A stretch of 59,385 nucleotides of DNA, counting the filler, from Dugesia japonica (taxonomy: Eukaryota): NCBI GenBank assembly GCA_001938525.1. It is 5 parts of 5 records of this genome, joined end to end, with 100 filler letters (N's around TTAATTAATTAA, not from the genome) between each part and the next. Parts side by side here need not be neighbours in the genome. Positions count along the whole stretch, not along the records: positions 22,962 to 33,490 come from MQRL01648016.1; positions 33,591 to 42,730 come from MQRL01563263.1; 3 more parts are not named here. One strand, given 5' to 3'. Every line of letters starts with the position of its first letter. The first letter of the stretch is position 1. A program made the position numbers and the translations under genes. Below are positions 26,001 to 39,649 of the stretch, piece by piece. Below the pieces are notes generated by a model. It was not told where the DNA came from and did not search any database. It was given only the letters and a program-made list of their open reading frames with translations.

Positions 26001-29000
26001 TATTGGTAACTGTTGGTCTTTATTTATATTGCTTTATTGTGAACTTCTACGAGATTATTTTCAGTCTCTTTCAAGCCCTAGTTATATATATATATATATA
26101 TATATACACCATTTTAGAAATATTAGTCTTTTCACTGAAATATTAAATTAATTTGCTAACTTACAATTAGAACGATATTTAAATAGAGAAAAAATAGAAT
26201 AAAGATCTTCTATCAATAATGAGTATCAAAACATTAATGAATTAACCAGAATCAAAAATGGACAATTTCGGGAAATAAGTACAACAACAACATTACAAAT
26301 AAACAGCAATAAAAACTAGTTATTGAAAAAACATATTTGTTTGTATATTTGTATTATTTAACATAAACTGTTTCGAATAAATTTGAATTTATTCTTCAGC
26401 AAAGTGAGAACTTGTTTATAGTTTTAAAAAATGCCGATCTAAAGAAGTTAATAATCATTATAATTACAATTATTGTGAGAATAATTGTTGGACTTAACCA
26501 TTGATCGTATTTGAGATTTCATTGAAATATATTGCAATCATTAATAAAATCATTTATTGAAATCTAGACTATGAAAACTAAGCTACGAATATGAATTGCA
26601 TGTAAATGCTGAGCATATTAGAATTAGAGAAATCAAAATCAAAGCAACAAAGATCAATATTTATAAAATCAAATAGTGAACACACATCGGTCTCATTTTT
26701 TGCGACAAATAAGTTTCGAAGAAAAAGGCATTAATAAAATCGCANNNNNNNNNNNNNNNNNNNNNNNNNNNNNNNNNNNNNNNNNNNNNNNNNNNNNNNN
26801 NNTCATTAACAAGAAATTGTAATTACGTAACCTCAAATTAATTGCATTAACTTATTTTTATTTTTTACTCCAAAAATGGATTTTTCAAATTTCAAAACAG
26901 AAAATCCATCAATATTAACAATAAAATAGAAATTATTAAGATAACTAAATCAGAACACCTGCCTCTTATTTTAATGTCTCACAAGGAACAGTTCAACAGT
27001 GCATAATAATGAAAAAGACTTTTGAATTTGAAAATCGAGAACTTTACGGTAAAAATATCGTTTGGACAAGCCGAAAGATATAAATATAAAAATAAATATA
27101 AAAAAATAAACATAAAAAGACATCTTCTATAACTGTCAAATAACATTGATAAAATATATGAAAAGACCTCCATCCAATCTATTTTGGATCGTTATGTTAT
27201 CTATATAAATAAAAATGTAATTGTAAATGTTCATTTGTTAAAAAACGATAAACTCCGAAAGTCTTAAAATTTTGACAATCGAATCCAGTCATGTTCATAC
27301 ATACATATTATATTTTAATATGCCTATACAAATTTTTTTAAATGAACTTAATTAAATCATTGTGAAATTTGATTTGTTTGAAAATTTTTTAATACTTTAC
27401 AATTGAAATTATTGCGAGAATAATTGTTGTCGTTTTTCAGAATTCATTTAAAATAAAAGCTTTGATCAAAATTTGTTTTTTTTGGATTTTGAAAATAATT
27501 CTTTATTTCGACCTTGTCTACGTAAGGAATATTTTTTTATAAAGTAAATTCCTGAAGAAGACAAAATCGAAAAATAGAATTATTTTCAAAATCAAAAAAA
27601 AACAAATTTTGATCGAAGCTTTTATTTTAAATGAATTATTTAACATAACAATTTTTTTGAATCTAATTTAAATAAATTACTTCTTACATCAAAAGTTGAT
27701 AACAGCAATGTAATTTAATATAATTTAATTTTTGTTTCATTTTTAATATTATAACATACATTTTATTATTGTTAATTATTAATATCTGAATTGAAATATC
27801 TGAAGATTACAAATGCTGGCCTGAAATTGGAAATTTAATTCGAATTCGATTAGAACTTTTTCTTTCAAATACTCATATTTTAAAGATTTTGAATAAAATC
27901 AACTATAAAACAATTTTTACTTATGGTAAATTGTTGGATTTATTACAACAATATCTAGACAAAATTCAATTTGATTGCATAATGTTGGAATTCGATTTAT
28001 TAATACAAAAATACCAAAATCCTTTCGCATATTACGAATACTATGTGCTTGGGGATTTAGAGCATGCAGTTTTTACTTAGGAGATTTATTTAGATGAAAG
28101 TCTTACAGTAGCTTTAATTAATAGAATAATTACATCGATAAATATTGAAAATCTCAATTTCACTGTTGCTGGTTGTCAAATAAATAATATCANNNNNNNN
28201 NNNNNNNNNNNNNNNNNNNNNNNNNNNNNNNNNNNNNNNNNNNNNNNNNNNNNNNNNNNNNNNNNNNNNNNNNNNNNNNNNNNNNNNNNNNNNNNNNNNN
28301 NNNNTTATTGATATTGGATAACAATTCGATATAAAAAAACCAAAATTTTGATCAAAGCTTTTATATTAAATGAAATAATATCAATCAAATATTTTGTTTA
28401 CTGGAATATTTATGATCATTTGAAAAATTGGTTTCTCATTTGTCTTTCTCTGCCTACTACATTCTACTTAGTATAGGATTTTATGTTCCAAATAATGTTA
28501 AAAACACGATATACCTCTGATTCTTATCACAATTTCAACATGTAATCTTATCAATTTATTATTTTTTAAATAATAAATTACAAGAAATTATCATCACATT
28601 GTATTACTTTAAACATGATTTTTAGATTTTACAATTTATAATATTTTCTGAATTCATGTCATGTAAATAATGAATTGTAGATCTAATTCATACACACTGG
28701 TTAGGAATAATTTACCTCTATAGATAGCTACAATAAACTTTTCATGATTTGGTTTATCAATAAAAAATGGACACGGCCAGTGCCAGATTTAAACTTTTCG
28801 GTTCATGGACGATGAAGTCAACGGGGCCCCTAAAATCAAGTGGTAAAGTCAAGTTTTCCATTACAAAAAAAATATTTTGGATTTACTGTTTATTTTAAAA
28901 GGTGAATTCATAATAACTTTTTGTTAAAGAGAAGGTAAGAATGGAACTAACTGTTGACTGTTCATAGGAATATGTGTGGAGGTTGGGATTTTTCACAATA

Positions 29001-31407
29001 TAAATAAAAATGTATATTTTCGTTTGTTCAAAATCGAAAAACTCCGAAAAGTTTTCACCGATAGCTTTGAAATTTTGACACAACGTTGCATTCGAATCCA
29101 GGTATGATCATATATATTTATTATATTTTAATATTCGTACATTATATAGATGTCTAACCTTTTTTCTGTTTCATTCAACTAAACTAAGCCACAGCAACGC
29201 GTGGCCGAGTATGGCTAGTTGTTAAAAAAAGTTCATGTTAATTTTTTTTTAATTGAACTTTAAAAATATTCTATTGAAAGTACACCATCATTATGATGTA
29301 CAAAATAAGAAAAAATTATTTTTTCTTACTATGTACTTTATAATATAGTATACTGTATATAAATTTTTAAATTTTTTTAACTTCAAACTAACACAAGAAA
29401 AATTTTCATAAGTATAACTTCAATTTTGCAAAACATTGAAGTTTTTCGCGATGAAGAAATAGTTGTTCCGCGACTCTTACTTTGCGAAATGCAAATTTAT
29501 GTTTTGCTATAAATGATTTTACTTTAACAAGTTCATATGGTTCCAGAAGCGTAGCTAGGAGGGCAGGGGTGACAAGTGTCTCCGGGCGCAGATCAGGGAG
29601 CACCAAAATGGGGTTTAAAATATTTGTATTGTGTATTTTTTGTATCGTTTTAATATGAGATCTATCAAGATTGAAGGTTCGTCACTCTCTTGCAGTCAAC
29701 TTTTTGTTATGCACTATCAATCTTATTGTGTGANNNNNNNNNNNNNNNNNNNNNNNNNNNNNNNNNNNNNNNNNNNNNNNNNNCTATGACCAGAAACATA
29801 CATATTATTTGGATATACTATTTCGTTTGTATGACTTCTTGCTTGATTAATCACATGTTACGTCTGCATCAGTTTCTTCTTTAGTCTTTACNNNNNNNNN
29901 NNNNNNNNNNNNNNNNNNNNNNNNNNNNNNNNNNNNNNNNNNNNNNNNNNNNNNNNNNNNNNNNNNNNNNNNNNNNNNNNNNNNNNNNNNNNNNNNNNGT
30001 TCAAAGCGTTTATTACTTTTGTAAGAAAATTTCAAGCGTATTTACGTTTTTTTATTTGATTTTATAAAGATTTTTTAAAATTTTAAAAATTCAGATTAAA
30101 CTATTTTTTAATAGTTGGATTTCAAATTTATGAAGTAATAAATGTTTTCGTGAATTCTAAATAATTCTTTGAAATTTAGTTTTCATGAATTAAATATTTT
30201 TAAAAATTTCATAATGACTGTTTAAATTAATTTTTATTATATTTTTACAGATTTTTAGCTTATATTTTTAATGAATTATTATATGCATTCTTCGTATACT
30301 GTAAACATATTTTAATGATATTTTAATTTTATGGAATAAAAGAGCTTAAATATTATCAGAGTATTTGTTTAAATAATCATTAATAAAATTTCTTTAACTA
30401 ATAACTTTCATTCAAAATATCGCTAGTACATCAATGGGCTAGTGTTGTCTCAGCCTAGAAAATGTTTAATAAAAGATAATCACACTTATTTCCAAAGAAA
30501 AAGTGAATGCATTCCTCAATCCTGGGTTCTCATGTTTCAGTGCTTATTGTATAATTCCTTTCAACTTGTTTTAGAAGTCCTCTGCTCGATTGATTTTAAG
30601 ATTTAAGAATCTATATATCTTCAAAGAGAAAACTCTAAATGAGTTATACATAACTCTTCCTTGTTAATTCAATCTTAAGACAACCTATTTCTGCTTACGA
30701 CTTTGAAATCAAATTATATAGCAAAGACGTTTCTCCGGTATACATTAATGCAGATTAGCATAATAATTACTGTGTACTTAATATGTGCTGTTTCCTTCTG
30801 AATTCCATAATTTTTAGAAACAATGAATTAGGTATAAAATTAGATTTTTATATATAATTATAGGTATCATATAAAAATACAAAAGCTATGTAACATAACA
30901 AAATTACATCAGATTTTACAAATAGAATTCTGAAATTAAAATTATTAATATTTTCTTTTATGGTTTTAATGGTAGCCCACCAAAATCGCTTAAAAAATAA
31001 AAATGAATAATAATGATAATAATTACAAAATTAATATAAATAATAAAAATTATAATAAATAATAATTATTATAACGCTACTATTAATAGTAATAATAATA
31101 AAATTTTGAACGGGTCGCCATTAATTTATATTTTTTCCCCCGGGTAACTCAAGTCGAATTGCAAAAATTTATTAATCAATCAAATAACCTAATTATATAT
31201 AATCATTAAATTAAATAAGTAAATTGAAAACTAATAAATTAAATTATTTAACCAACCCAAAGATATTTCATGTGCTCGTTCTTCGGAAATTTTCTTCTCC
31301 ATTTCTTCAATTCTATTTTGCAGATTTTTATTTTCTTCGGTTAAAATAGCAATATCCATTCGAAGATTATTTGAACATCGATTATCGTAATTCATACGAT
31401 AATCCAT
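23039..31407 (-). CDS. CEP135: CEP135/Bld10-like centriolar coiled-coil protein, four exons (31407-31257, 23756-23593, 23462-23312, 23262-23039), truncated by the contig end
   Basis: GT-AG junctions have consistent phases 1/0/1/0. LQDDKLRLSQRIEKLTSNERALVLEIERHK...YMRGIEEDRDYWKNE recalls human CEP135 LEQEKQRLSKKVESFAVTERQLTLEVERMR...FLKGIEEERDYYKKE. Upstream exons also align collinearly (from memory). Confidence 0.8.
27200..27320 (+). mobile_element. Non-autonomous Helitron 5' fragment
   Basis: Starts A|TCTATATAAATAAAAATG. Shares AAACTCCGAAA, AAATTTTGACA and TCGAATCCAG blocks with the copy at 28996. Confidence 0.65.
27441..27637. mobile_element. Near-complete palindromic MITE (~197 nt); related single ends at 28335-28376 and 35873-35922
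   Basis: AATTCATTTAAAATAAAAGCTTTGATCAAAATTTG...TTTTGAAAATAATTCT is mirrored by AGAATTATTTTCAAAA...CAAATTTTGATCGAAGCTTTTATTTTAAATGAATT. Confidence 0.85.
27790..28186 (+). pseudogene. ~130-codon ORF remnant of unknown family with one internal stop, antisense within the CEP135-like intron
   Basis: EISEDYKCWPEIGNLIRIRLELFL...LGDLEHAVFT*EIYLDESLTVALINRII...GCQNK*. A long frame for such AT-rich DNA. Confidence 0.4.
28996..29218 (+). mobile_element. Non-autonomous Helitron
   Basis: 3' hairpin GCCACAGCAACGCGTGGC followed ~10 nt later by CTAG|T. The 5' part matches the copy at 27200. Confidence 0.85.
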
Positions 31408-31497
31408 AATTGTAAATGTATTAATAAAAAAATTTAATTTCTTATTGTTTTATGACATAAAATTGATAATCAATTGGTAAAATGTGACAGGTGTCAT

Positions 31498-31511
31498 GTT
31501 GTCAAGACTAC
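31498..31511 (-). promoter_or_regulatory. X-box (RFX)-like motif ~90 nt upstream of the CEP135-like ATG
   Basis: GTAGTCTTGACAAC on the minus strand fits GTHNYY-AT-RRNAAC with one spacer mismatch. The position suits a ciliary or basal-body gene. Confidence 0.45.
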
Positions 31512-32099
31512 CGGGGCTATTATTTTAACAGTCATCATTATCATCATATGAAACCACGTTCAACTTGTAACTCTAATATGCACACATACTTCTATGCATA
31601 AATACACACATTTAAAAACAATATTATTCTACTAATGATGATTTTCATTATTTATTCACTGTTTAATTGAACCATATGTTTGCTTTTATCATCGGTATCC
31701 AAATAACTTAGACAAAAATTTTGGTGATTAAATTTGTTATGTTCTAATATCATTTTAATTTTATCTTATTGCGCTTTTTTAAGTAAAATAAAATTTTGCT
31801 ATTATACACAACATCAAGAAGAACAACCTATTCCCGTAGAGTTTTCATCAATTTTATTTGTTTTAGTAGACTAATAAAAAAAATTTGGTTTCATATCTTC
31901 AAAAGACTATCGTAATACAAGTCATCCTTCTAATTAAAATATTTATCCTATCAAGCTCATTGAATAGTTAAATTGTTTTATATTTCCACGGTATCCAAAA
32001 TCACTGAATAAAGTAAATTCAGACGAATGATGATGATCATTTATAGACCTCATTTTGATGAATCAAAGTTAAAGAAGAAGTATGTTTTAGTCATTTTAG

Positions 32100-33112
32100 A
32101 TCGATACAACAAACTTGTTATCCTGTCAGCCATGGCGAAACGACAAAATCTGTAGTTGAATCAATAAAACAGANNNNNNNNNNNNNNNNNNNNNNNNNNN
32201 NNNNNNNNNNNNNNNNNNNNNNNNNNNNNNNNNNNNNNNNNNNNNNNNNNNNNNNNNNNNNNNNNNNNNNNNNNNNNNNNNNNNNNNNNNNNNNNNNNNN
32301 NNNNNNNNNCAAGCTGGTGAGCAGAAAGAACCATCAGGACTCTACATGATATGATTGCCACTACAATAAAAAGTGGATGTGAAGAAGTTAGTTGGGATAA
32401 GATATTACCTCAAATTCAATTTTCAATTAATGCAACCCAACCAAAGGCAACTTGGGTATCACCGTTTGAAAAAATTTATAGAAGAAAAATTATGACTCGT
32501 GGACCATTTCTAAATAACAATACAAGTGGTGATGAAATTAGAGAATTAGTTGATGAAAATTCTAAAAGTGCAGCACTAAAATTAAATGAATATGAATCAG
32601 ATAAAATAGTACATTGAAATTTTGTTGAATGGGAAGAAGTTCTAGTAAAGGTGGCAACTCACAATTTAAAGAAAAATGGATACAGATATGAAAGTCCTTT
32701 TAAAATATTAAAATTTTTAAGCCCACATCAAGTGCTTTTAAATTATTCTGAAATCCCTAAACCACGAAGATTAGAGTGGCTAAAAAACCCGATGTTAAAA
32801 AATATTAAGAAGGAGTAATGTTAGATATGATATTTAAATATATTTGTTTAAATATTATAGATTTATTTTATTTTAATAAACTTTGATAATGTCTAATTTT
32901 AAAATACAAAATCTAACTATATATGAAATAGAAAAATTTTCTCAACAAATAAAGATTTCGAAATTTTAGTGTAGTGATTACAAATTTAATAAAGTTTATA
33001 AGCTTTCGCAAAATTTGACGAAAAATACAATTTACTTATTATAAAACTCGAATAATTATTTTTGTTTCTTTTAATAAATATAGACTCTAAACTACGAGTT
33101 CCCATTACAACA
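32100..33112 (+). mobile_element. Ty3/gypsy integrase relic, PPT and 3' LTR (32819-33112)
   Basis: AERTIRTLHDMI, WDKILPQIQFSINAT...SPFE and RYESPFKI (GPY/F-like). AAGAAGGAGTAA is followed by TGTTAG...ACAACA. Confidence 0.85.
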
Positions 33113-33490
33113 TTTTAGTGCTGCTGAAAAGATTAGTCGATAGGCGTACAATTAAGTTCAATGGATTTATTACATTAACATCATTCTGATTGACTTTTAT
33201 TTTGATAATACCACAAATTTCAGGAAAAAAATGTCATAAAAAGAAGTAAAATTATATATGAGACTTATATATTAATTTTACTTTCTTCTATATTATAAGT
33301 TACTATATAAAGGTAATGATTGGATTATAAATTATTAAAATAAACATAACGAAAAATTATTTATTTATATCAATTATCAATACATATTTCTTATTATTGT
33401 TTCACACATCAAATTTTTTTAATTTTCAACAATAGGCCTTTCTAAACAAATAATAAGAATGATTATAATAATATTATTAATAATAATAAT

Positions 33491-33590
33491 NNNNNNNNNN
33501 NNNNNNNNNNNNNNNNNNNNNNNNNNNNNNNNNNTTAATTAATTAANNNNNNNNNNNNNNNNNNNNNNNNNNNNNNNNNNNNNNNNNNNN
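33491..33590. other. Artificial 100-nt contig spacer
   Basis: 44N-TTAATTAATTAA-44N. Confidence 0.95.
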
Positions 33591-34999
33591 GTTTATTCGT
33601 TTTAATTATTTCTGTAAGAGTACAAATATTTATTAGAAGTATCCAAATAAAAATATAGGATTTCCATTTATTAAAATTTATAAAAAAAAAATCCAATTTT
33701 TATTCCTCCAGAACAAAAAGTTGCTTAATTAATTTTTAATGAATTTTAATAAATTTTCTATAAATATTTAAAATGAAATTAGTTTGCAATAGTTAAAACA
33801 TGATTTGTTTGAATGTTACATGAGGATAAAATATTCATAATGTCGTGCTAAAAACGATGGGAATAAAACAATATTTTGATGTTCTAAATTGTTACATTCA
33901 ATTAGTTTCAGTTTCATTTGATTGGTTAATATTAGTTCATTGTTCAATGAAAATATTCTCCCAATAAATAAAACTATCATTACTGTAGTCTTACTTGGAA
34001 CACTACTTACAATTTTATTAGTAATATAGTTTACTTTTAATAGTGTAATTAACAAATGCTGCTTTATCTCTCCCTTTATCATCAATCATTATTTCGTGAT
34101 TAGTGGGATCTTTTATTTACCTTCAAAATAATTAATGATGACTTTTTGATTATCTGAATGTCAGAAAACGACATCCAATTTCTATTAGTAAATAATCTTT
34201 TTGGCAACAAGTGTGTTCATTATTCAATTTATAATCAAAAATTAATTAATTAATAGAAAGACTAGCCATTTTCTCCGATAAATTTCAATTATAAACATCG
34301 ATTTGTTAATTAATTAATTAATTATTCAAAATTTTTATGAAGAAATATGAAAATGATATTGTTTTATTAAAACAAATGTCTGGAAATTTCTAAGATTATT
34401 GATTAAATTGTTTGACTCGCATAATTTTGATGAAAAATAAACAATACAACTTGTAACTCAATTGTGTAATAAAATTAATCTGAAATTTACATGAAATATT
34501 TGAAAATTATTTGAAATTGACATAAACCTTTTAATTAACATGTAAAATTTACATAAACATTTTAATCACACTATTATGTGTAATAAAAGTATAATATAGT
34601 GTATTACATACACAGTATGAGTACAATACAAGTGCAAGATTAGTGCAATATGATTGAGACATTCTAGCTACATTCAAGAAAAGGTAATTATAATCATAGA
34701 AATTATTGATTCTAATACTGTCAAGTGACATCAAGTTTCATGATCTGCTAATTCATTCATATAATTACCTAGTTAAACATTGATTTCAAATCTTAATATT
34801 CTCGGGTAGAGTATCTAAATATTTAATTTTCTATGGGTTTATCATAATGATCATACAATTCACCAATTACTAACTCAATCAAGCCCAATAATTCAGTTAA
34901 TTGTTCACTTATTTCGCTCTTCTCAATTTTAACTAATTAAAGATTCTTGAAAATATAGGTTCATTACAAAAAATGTGTCTTATTCACCTATTAATAATA

Positions 35000-35230
35000 A
35001 TTAGTATAATTAACTCGCCATAATCAAATCTAAACATAAAGTATAATATTTGCTATCATAAGTCTTAAGTCACAGTACACAACTCACACTATCACCAAGT
35101 CTTAACATATACAATACTCGCTATCAACAGTTCTTAACATACAAACAATACAATATTTGCTATCATTAAGTCTTAATACCCACTTCTTTCTGGTATTAAT
35201 ATATAATACACGCTATCAACAACTTTTAAT
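35000..35230. repeat. Degenerate ~35-40-nt tandem repeat
   Basis: Recurring ACAATA(C/T)TCGCTATCA...AGTCTTAA units, about 5-6 copies. Confidence 0.6.
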
Positions 35231-38029
35231 TTCAATATAAAAACATTCTGCTGATTAATATAAATTCAAAATGATTCTATTACTGTCAAGATTCACGACC
35301 CCACTAATTTATTCATGTAATTATTTAGTAAAAAATTTATTCCAGGGGAGTAACTAAATTTTAATAAATTAATTTTATTAATTCGATTTATTTTTTATTC
35401 AATGCTTTTATAAGGCGTTCATCAGTTTAAACTTGTTCAATTACTCTTTCAAATCATTTACCATTGATCTTTCAGTTAATTATTTAATCTTTTCCTCAAT
35501 TATTCTTCATAGTCAACCCTATATTTCACATAATTCACACTGAATCTGTACTTTACATCTAATAACCGGTTAATTACTTACGTATTTTTACCTTAATATA
35601 ATAAAATTCTTTGAAAATAAACCTTCTCGTGTGCTTTAGTAACCAATTAATCATCTACTTTAAACATATAAATTTATTCAAGGTATTTCAAACATCTTAT
35701 TTGATTATAACGAAACATTCCTTTACCTATCATTAATCTTTCATATCAATTAATTCGTGATTTCCATCCATTCATCCATTTAAATATTTTAAAAAGTAAT
35801 TAATTAATTAAATCTTCAAATAGAAATTTTTAATCAATCAAAGTAAAAAATTAGAAGCAACATATAAAAATTATCAAAAACAAAACAAAAAATTTGACCG
35901 AAGCTTTTATTTTAATGAATTCNNNNNNNNNNNNNNNNNNNNNNNNNNNNNNNNNNNNNNNNNNNNNNNNNNNNNNNNNNNNNNNNNNNNNNNNNNNNNN
36001 NNNNNNNNNNNTCAATAATATATGTATCTATATTTATATAATTATTTAAATTTATGTCACATAATTCTTATCGTAAGCTCTTCGATAGATAATTAATGTT
36101 CCATCGTATGTAATAATAAGAAATGGAAATTATTATATCATAATTTAACCTATGATAAATGAAATCATTTGAGATTCAGTTTATATTTTTTTATTTAATA
36201 AATATTTGACTTAGATTGACTTTGTATTTTAACCTAACAATTATAAACAACAAACTATTGGATTTATTATTATTAATATTATCATTATTATTATTATTAA
36301 TATTATTATTGATAAATTATTATTGTTATTCATTGATTTATTATGATTTTCCTCGAGATAATAACTGTTTCCTTGAGTAAGCAATTAATATTAATTGGCC
36401 AGGGATAATTTAATAGCGATCAACTAATAGTATGAGAGATAGTAACTAATGTCGAGAACAATAATCATTATGGTTTCTTATTATCATTATTGTAGTATGA
36501 GCCCACGATCATCTTATATTATGAAACCTGAACAATTAATGTTAATGCTTCTTATTTAATTTTTAATGTTTAATTAATATGAATTTTACTGTTACTTATT
36601 TAATTTATTATGTATTTAAAGATAATTTAATTTTAGATTTATTATTGATAAATTATTGAAATAATGTATGAGAATAATTAAAAACATCTATTAAATAAAT
36701 TTTATTATTGAAAATATTTGTTGTTCTTTCTATATGTATTATTATTATTTTATGATGATCAATGGTAACATTTCTGGGGAGCAACTAATTTTAACATTTC
36801 AAAGGAAAGCGATTAATGTTAAAATTCAAATTTATCCGAAAATAATCCATAATTGTTATTTGTTAATTGAAATTAATTTCAGTATTCTCAACCAAGATAG
36901 CAATCAAACTAAAAAGGATAAGCAATCAGATTTTTTATTAACTAAATTTTAGTTTTAAAAATATCTTGATCTTATTATTTAGTTAAATACTTTGTTTTTC
37001 TTATTTTTAATGTTCCTCGGGGAGACTTGGTTTTTCTATTTAACTTTTAAGGTTTGATGATTTTAGGTTAACATATTCTTACACAATAAAATATTGGAAA
37101 ACCAAAAATGATTCCTGTAAAATTCTCAATCGATTAATAAAAAATATCTATATTGAAAAAAATTGAAAACTTTTTTGGCTGTTCATCCGGATTCCATAAA
37201 AAATTATAACATTTAAATTATTTAAACAAAAATTGGACTTTCCTGTCAAATTTCCGCAAAAAATTTTATTTTTAAAAATCTTGAAAATTAAGACAAAACA
37301 GGTTTTTCCTACGAATTTCCGAAAAAATTTGATCGGTTACGTAAAAACCGTATAAAAAATCACACCAATTACATAAAACATTCTATACCACTTAATCCGA
37401 NNNCGTAAAATTTCGTAAAAATTATTCCCAACTAAAAACAAGAAAAATTCCGTACCCCTTACGTAATGTGACGTAGACGTCCCGACTAAAACACAAGGAT
37501 TAAATTATTACATCAGTAATCTTGGGGGAAGGTGGTGTAGTGTGCTACTATCTCTCTAATAACTGAATTGGTACCCATATAAACTCGCTCATTAAATCAC
37601 ATTCCAACGAAAGAAACAGTAGAGAATAACCTGTAAAAAAGACGAAAGAAGTTCAAACTTATGGACTAAGATTTGAAATGAAGTAACTTGTTGGCAATGT
37701 TATTTTTAATGAAGACTCAAAATGAAAACCTCAATAACAGCATTTTTGTGAATATCACTGAGAAATAAAACTGCGAATTCACCTAGTTGATTTGTTTAAT
37801 ACCCGGGTTAATAAATTTAGTGTTTAAACTTTATCTTTTCTTGAATAATAACCATTAAACTAATCAAATGATGCAAGAAAATTCCATCAATTTTGCGTAT
37901 CAAATTTTATGCTACAAATTAAAACTAATCCTTTCATAATGAATCCAATGAGGTTAGATTTCATCAACTAAAACTTGATAAAAAATTCGAATATAAAATA
38001 CAAAGAAAAACAGAAATGGATTCTTCAAA

Positions 38030-38560
38030 AACGCTTCCTAAGAAGAATTTTTCATAATCTTCTGTCAACACCTTGAAAGCTTTCGAATTCAGTTAAAGCA
38101 CTATTCCTTCATCAAAATCTATTCAAATACAAAGGGTTTTAGACATTTTTTTAAAATCTCATTGAATGATTCAAATTGCTTTATTTTGTAAAGTGATGCA
38201 CTGATCAGAAAAGACTGTAGTTAGATGCATCACGGTCTGGATGCGACAGAACATTTATACCGTCCAATTTTTCAAACTTGTTTCAGGTCTTTCTGGCGAT
38301 ATGCGGCTTTACATTGTTCTGTTGAAACAAAATGCTTTTCAACGAAAATAACTTCGGTACTTCTCAACTAGATAGTCATAAACCCGATTAAGTTTTCACA
38401 CTAAAGTTCTGAGTTAATGGCCCAACTATTTGAAACAAGTTTAAAATGAAAAATACTTTTGAAGCTCCAACAAACACAAAAAAATATTCTTCTTTCCAAA
38501 TTGATTTTTCTTTGGAACGGATGGAACAGTTTTACCTTACTTTGACTCAACGCTATAACA
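38030..38560 (-). mobile_element. Degraded mariner transposase fragment
   Basis: ILFQQNNVKPHIARKT*NKFEKLDGINVLSHP...ASNYSLF resembles the mariner HDNARPH...EVLPHPPYSPDLAPSDYHLF region. Confidence 0.7.
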
Positions 38561-39097
38561 GCATTAAAATTAGATTAATAAAACAAAAATATTATATAGT
38601 TTATAAAAATTCATAATTTTAATATCATCACCAGATTAAGGTTTTCAGGCGCCCTGAGAAAATTCATTGTTTGACATTTCAATCGAAAAAATAGGATTTC
38701 TTCAATTTTAGATAATACTATAATATGGAACTTGGCTTCCAAAACAACATAAAAAATTTGATATTTTGTGAATTCATGCCATTTCAGTCATAACTTAACT
38801 GATTTGATAATAACATCAAATAAGAAACTGAAAAGTCAAGAGCAAAGCACACTTTTTTTCTATATATTTAAGTTACTTAATTTGTGAAGTAAGTTTAAAC
38901 GCCCCGAATNGTTTCCTGGTCTGCCACTATTNATTCAGCACTGTTTAACACGGTGCAGGAACTTTTCATCAACTTTCGTGGCAAAAAATATTAATCTTAA
39001 TAAATCTAAACAATTATTCTAATTTTTTTCCAATAAATTAGAAGTTTCATTTAATTGATTAACTAATTAAAATTGAAAATGAAAGATAAATTTATTT

Positions 39098-39649
39098 TTA
39101 ACTGTCCCATGTAGAGGGCAGACGAATTTCTAATTTACGTTTAGGAGTTTCTCTGCCAAATTTCGAAGACGACTCTACATTTAATTGATTTTCACTACTG
39201 CTGTGTTTTATCATACTTTGCGGTTTTATTTTGGAAGATGATTTTGGAAATGGTTTATCGCAAGTGGATATTGATTCAGTAATATCCATAGTTGAACAAG
39301 ATGAGTTACGTTCGACTAATTTTCTAATAAATGAACTTCTGGAATATCTGATGTGATCATCTGTGCATCGACGTAAGCATGATACACATACACCATATCC
39401 AATTGCTGTAAAAGGACGAATTTCATTTGATGGGTTAACTGATTTTCGACTAAAGCATTTGCAACTTTGCGCAGGAAGAAGAGGTCGACAAAATGTAAAA
39501 TAATTCATATCTATAGATTTAGATAAATTAGAATCTTTTTTCATATAGTTAGAATAAATAGTTTTGTATAAATTTTCTATTTTTGGCGGTTTGGGTTTCG
39601 GAATTATTTGCTTAGCTTGTGATTTCCTCCAATCTTCGTTGGATTTCAT
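39098..39649 (-). CDS. Probable terminal coding exon of an uncharacterised Ser/Lys-rich protein
   Basis: 183 open codons directly after a TTTATTTAG acceptor. Contains RPFTA, CVSCLRRC and ends KLEIRLPSTWDS*. No TE motifs. Confidence 0.6.
   Translation of the reverse strand: MKSNEDWRKSQAKQIIPKPKPPKIENLYKTIYSNYMKKDSNLSKSIDMNYFTFCRPLLPAQSCKCFSRKSVNPSNEIRPFTAIGYGVCVSCLRRCTDDHIRYSRSSFIRKLVERNSSCSTMDITESISTCDKPFPKSSSKIKPQSMIKHSSSENQLNVESSSKFGRETPKRKLEIRLPSTWDS

Noticed and set aside
30450-30810. Possible non-LTR RT remnant (RGLLKQVE on the minus strand)
   Set aside because: A single weak motif in highly degraded sequence; not enough to call.
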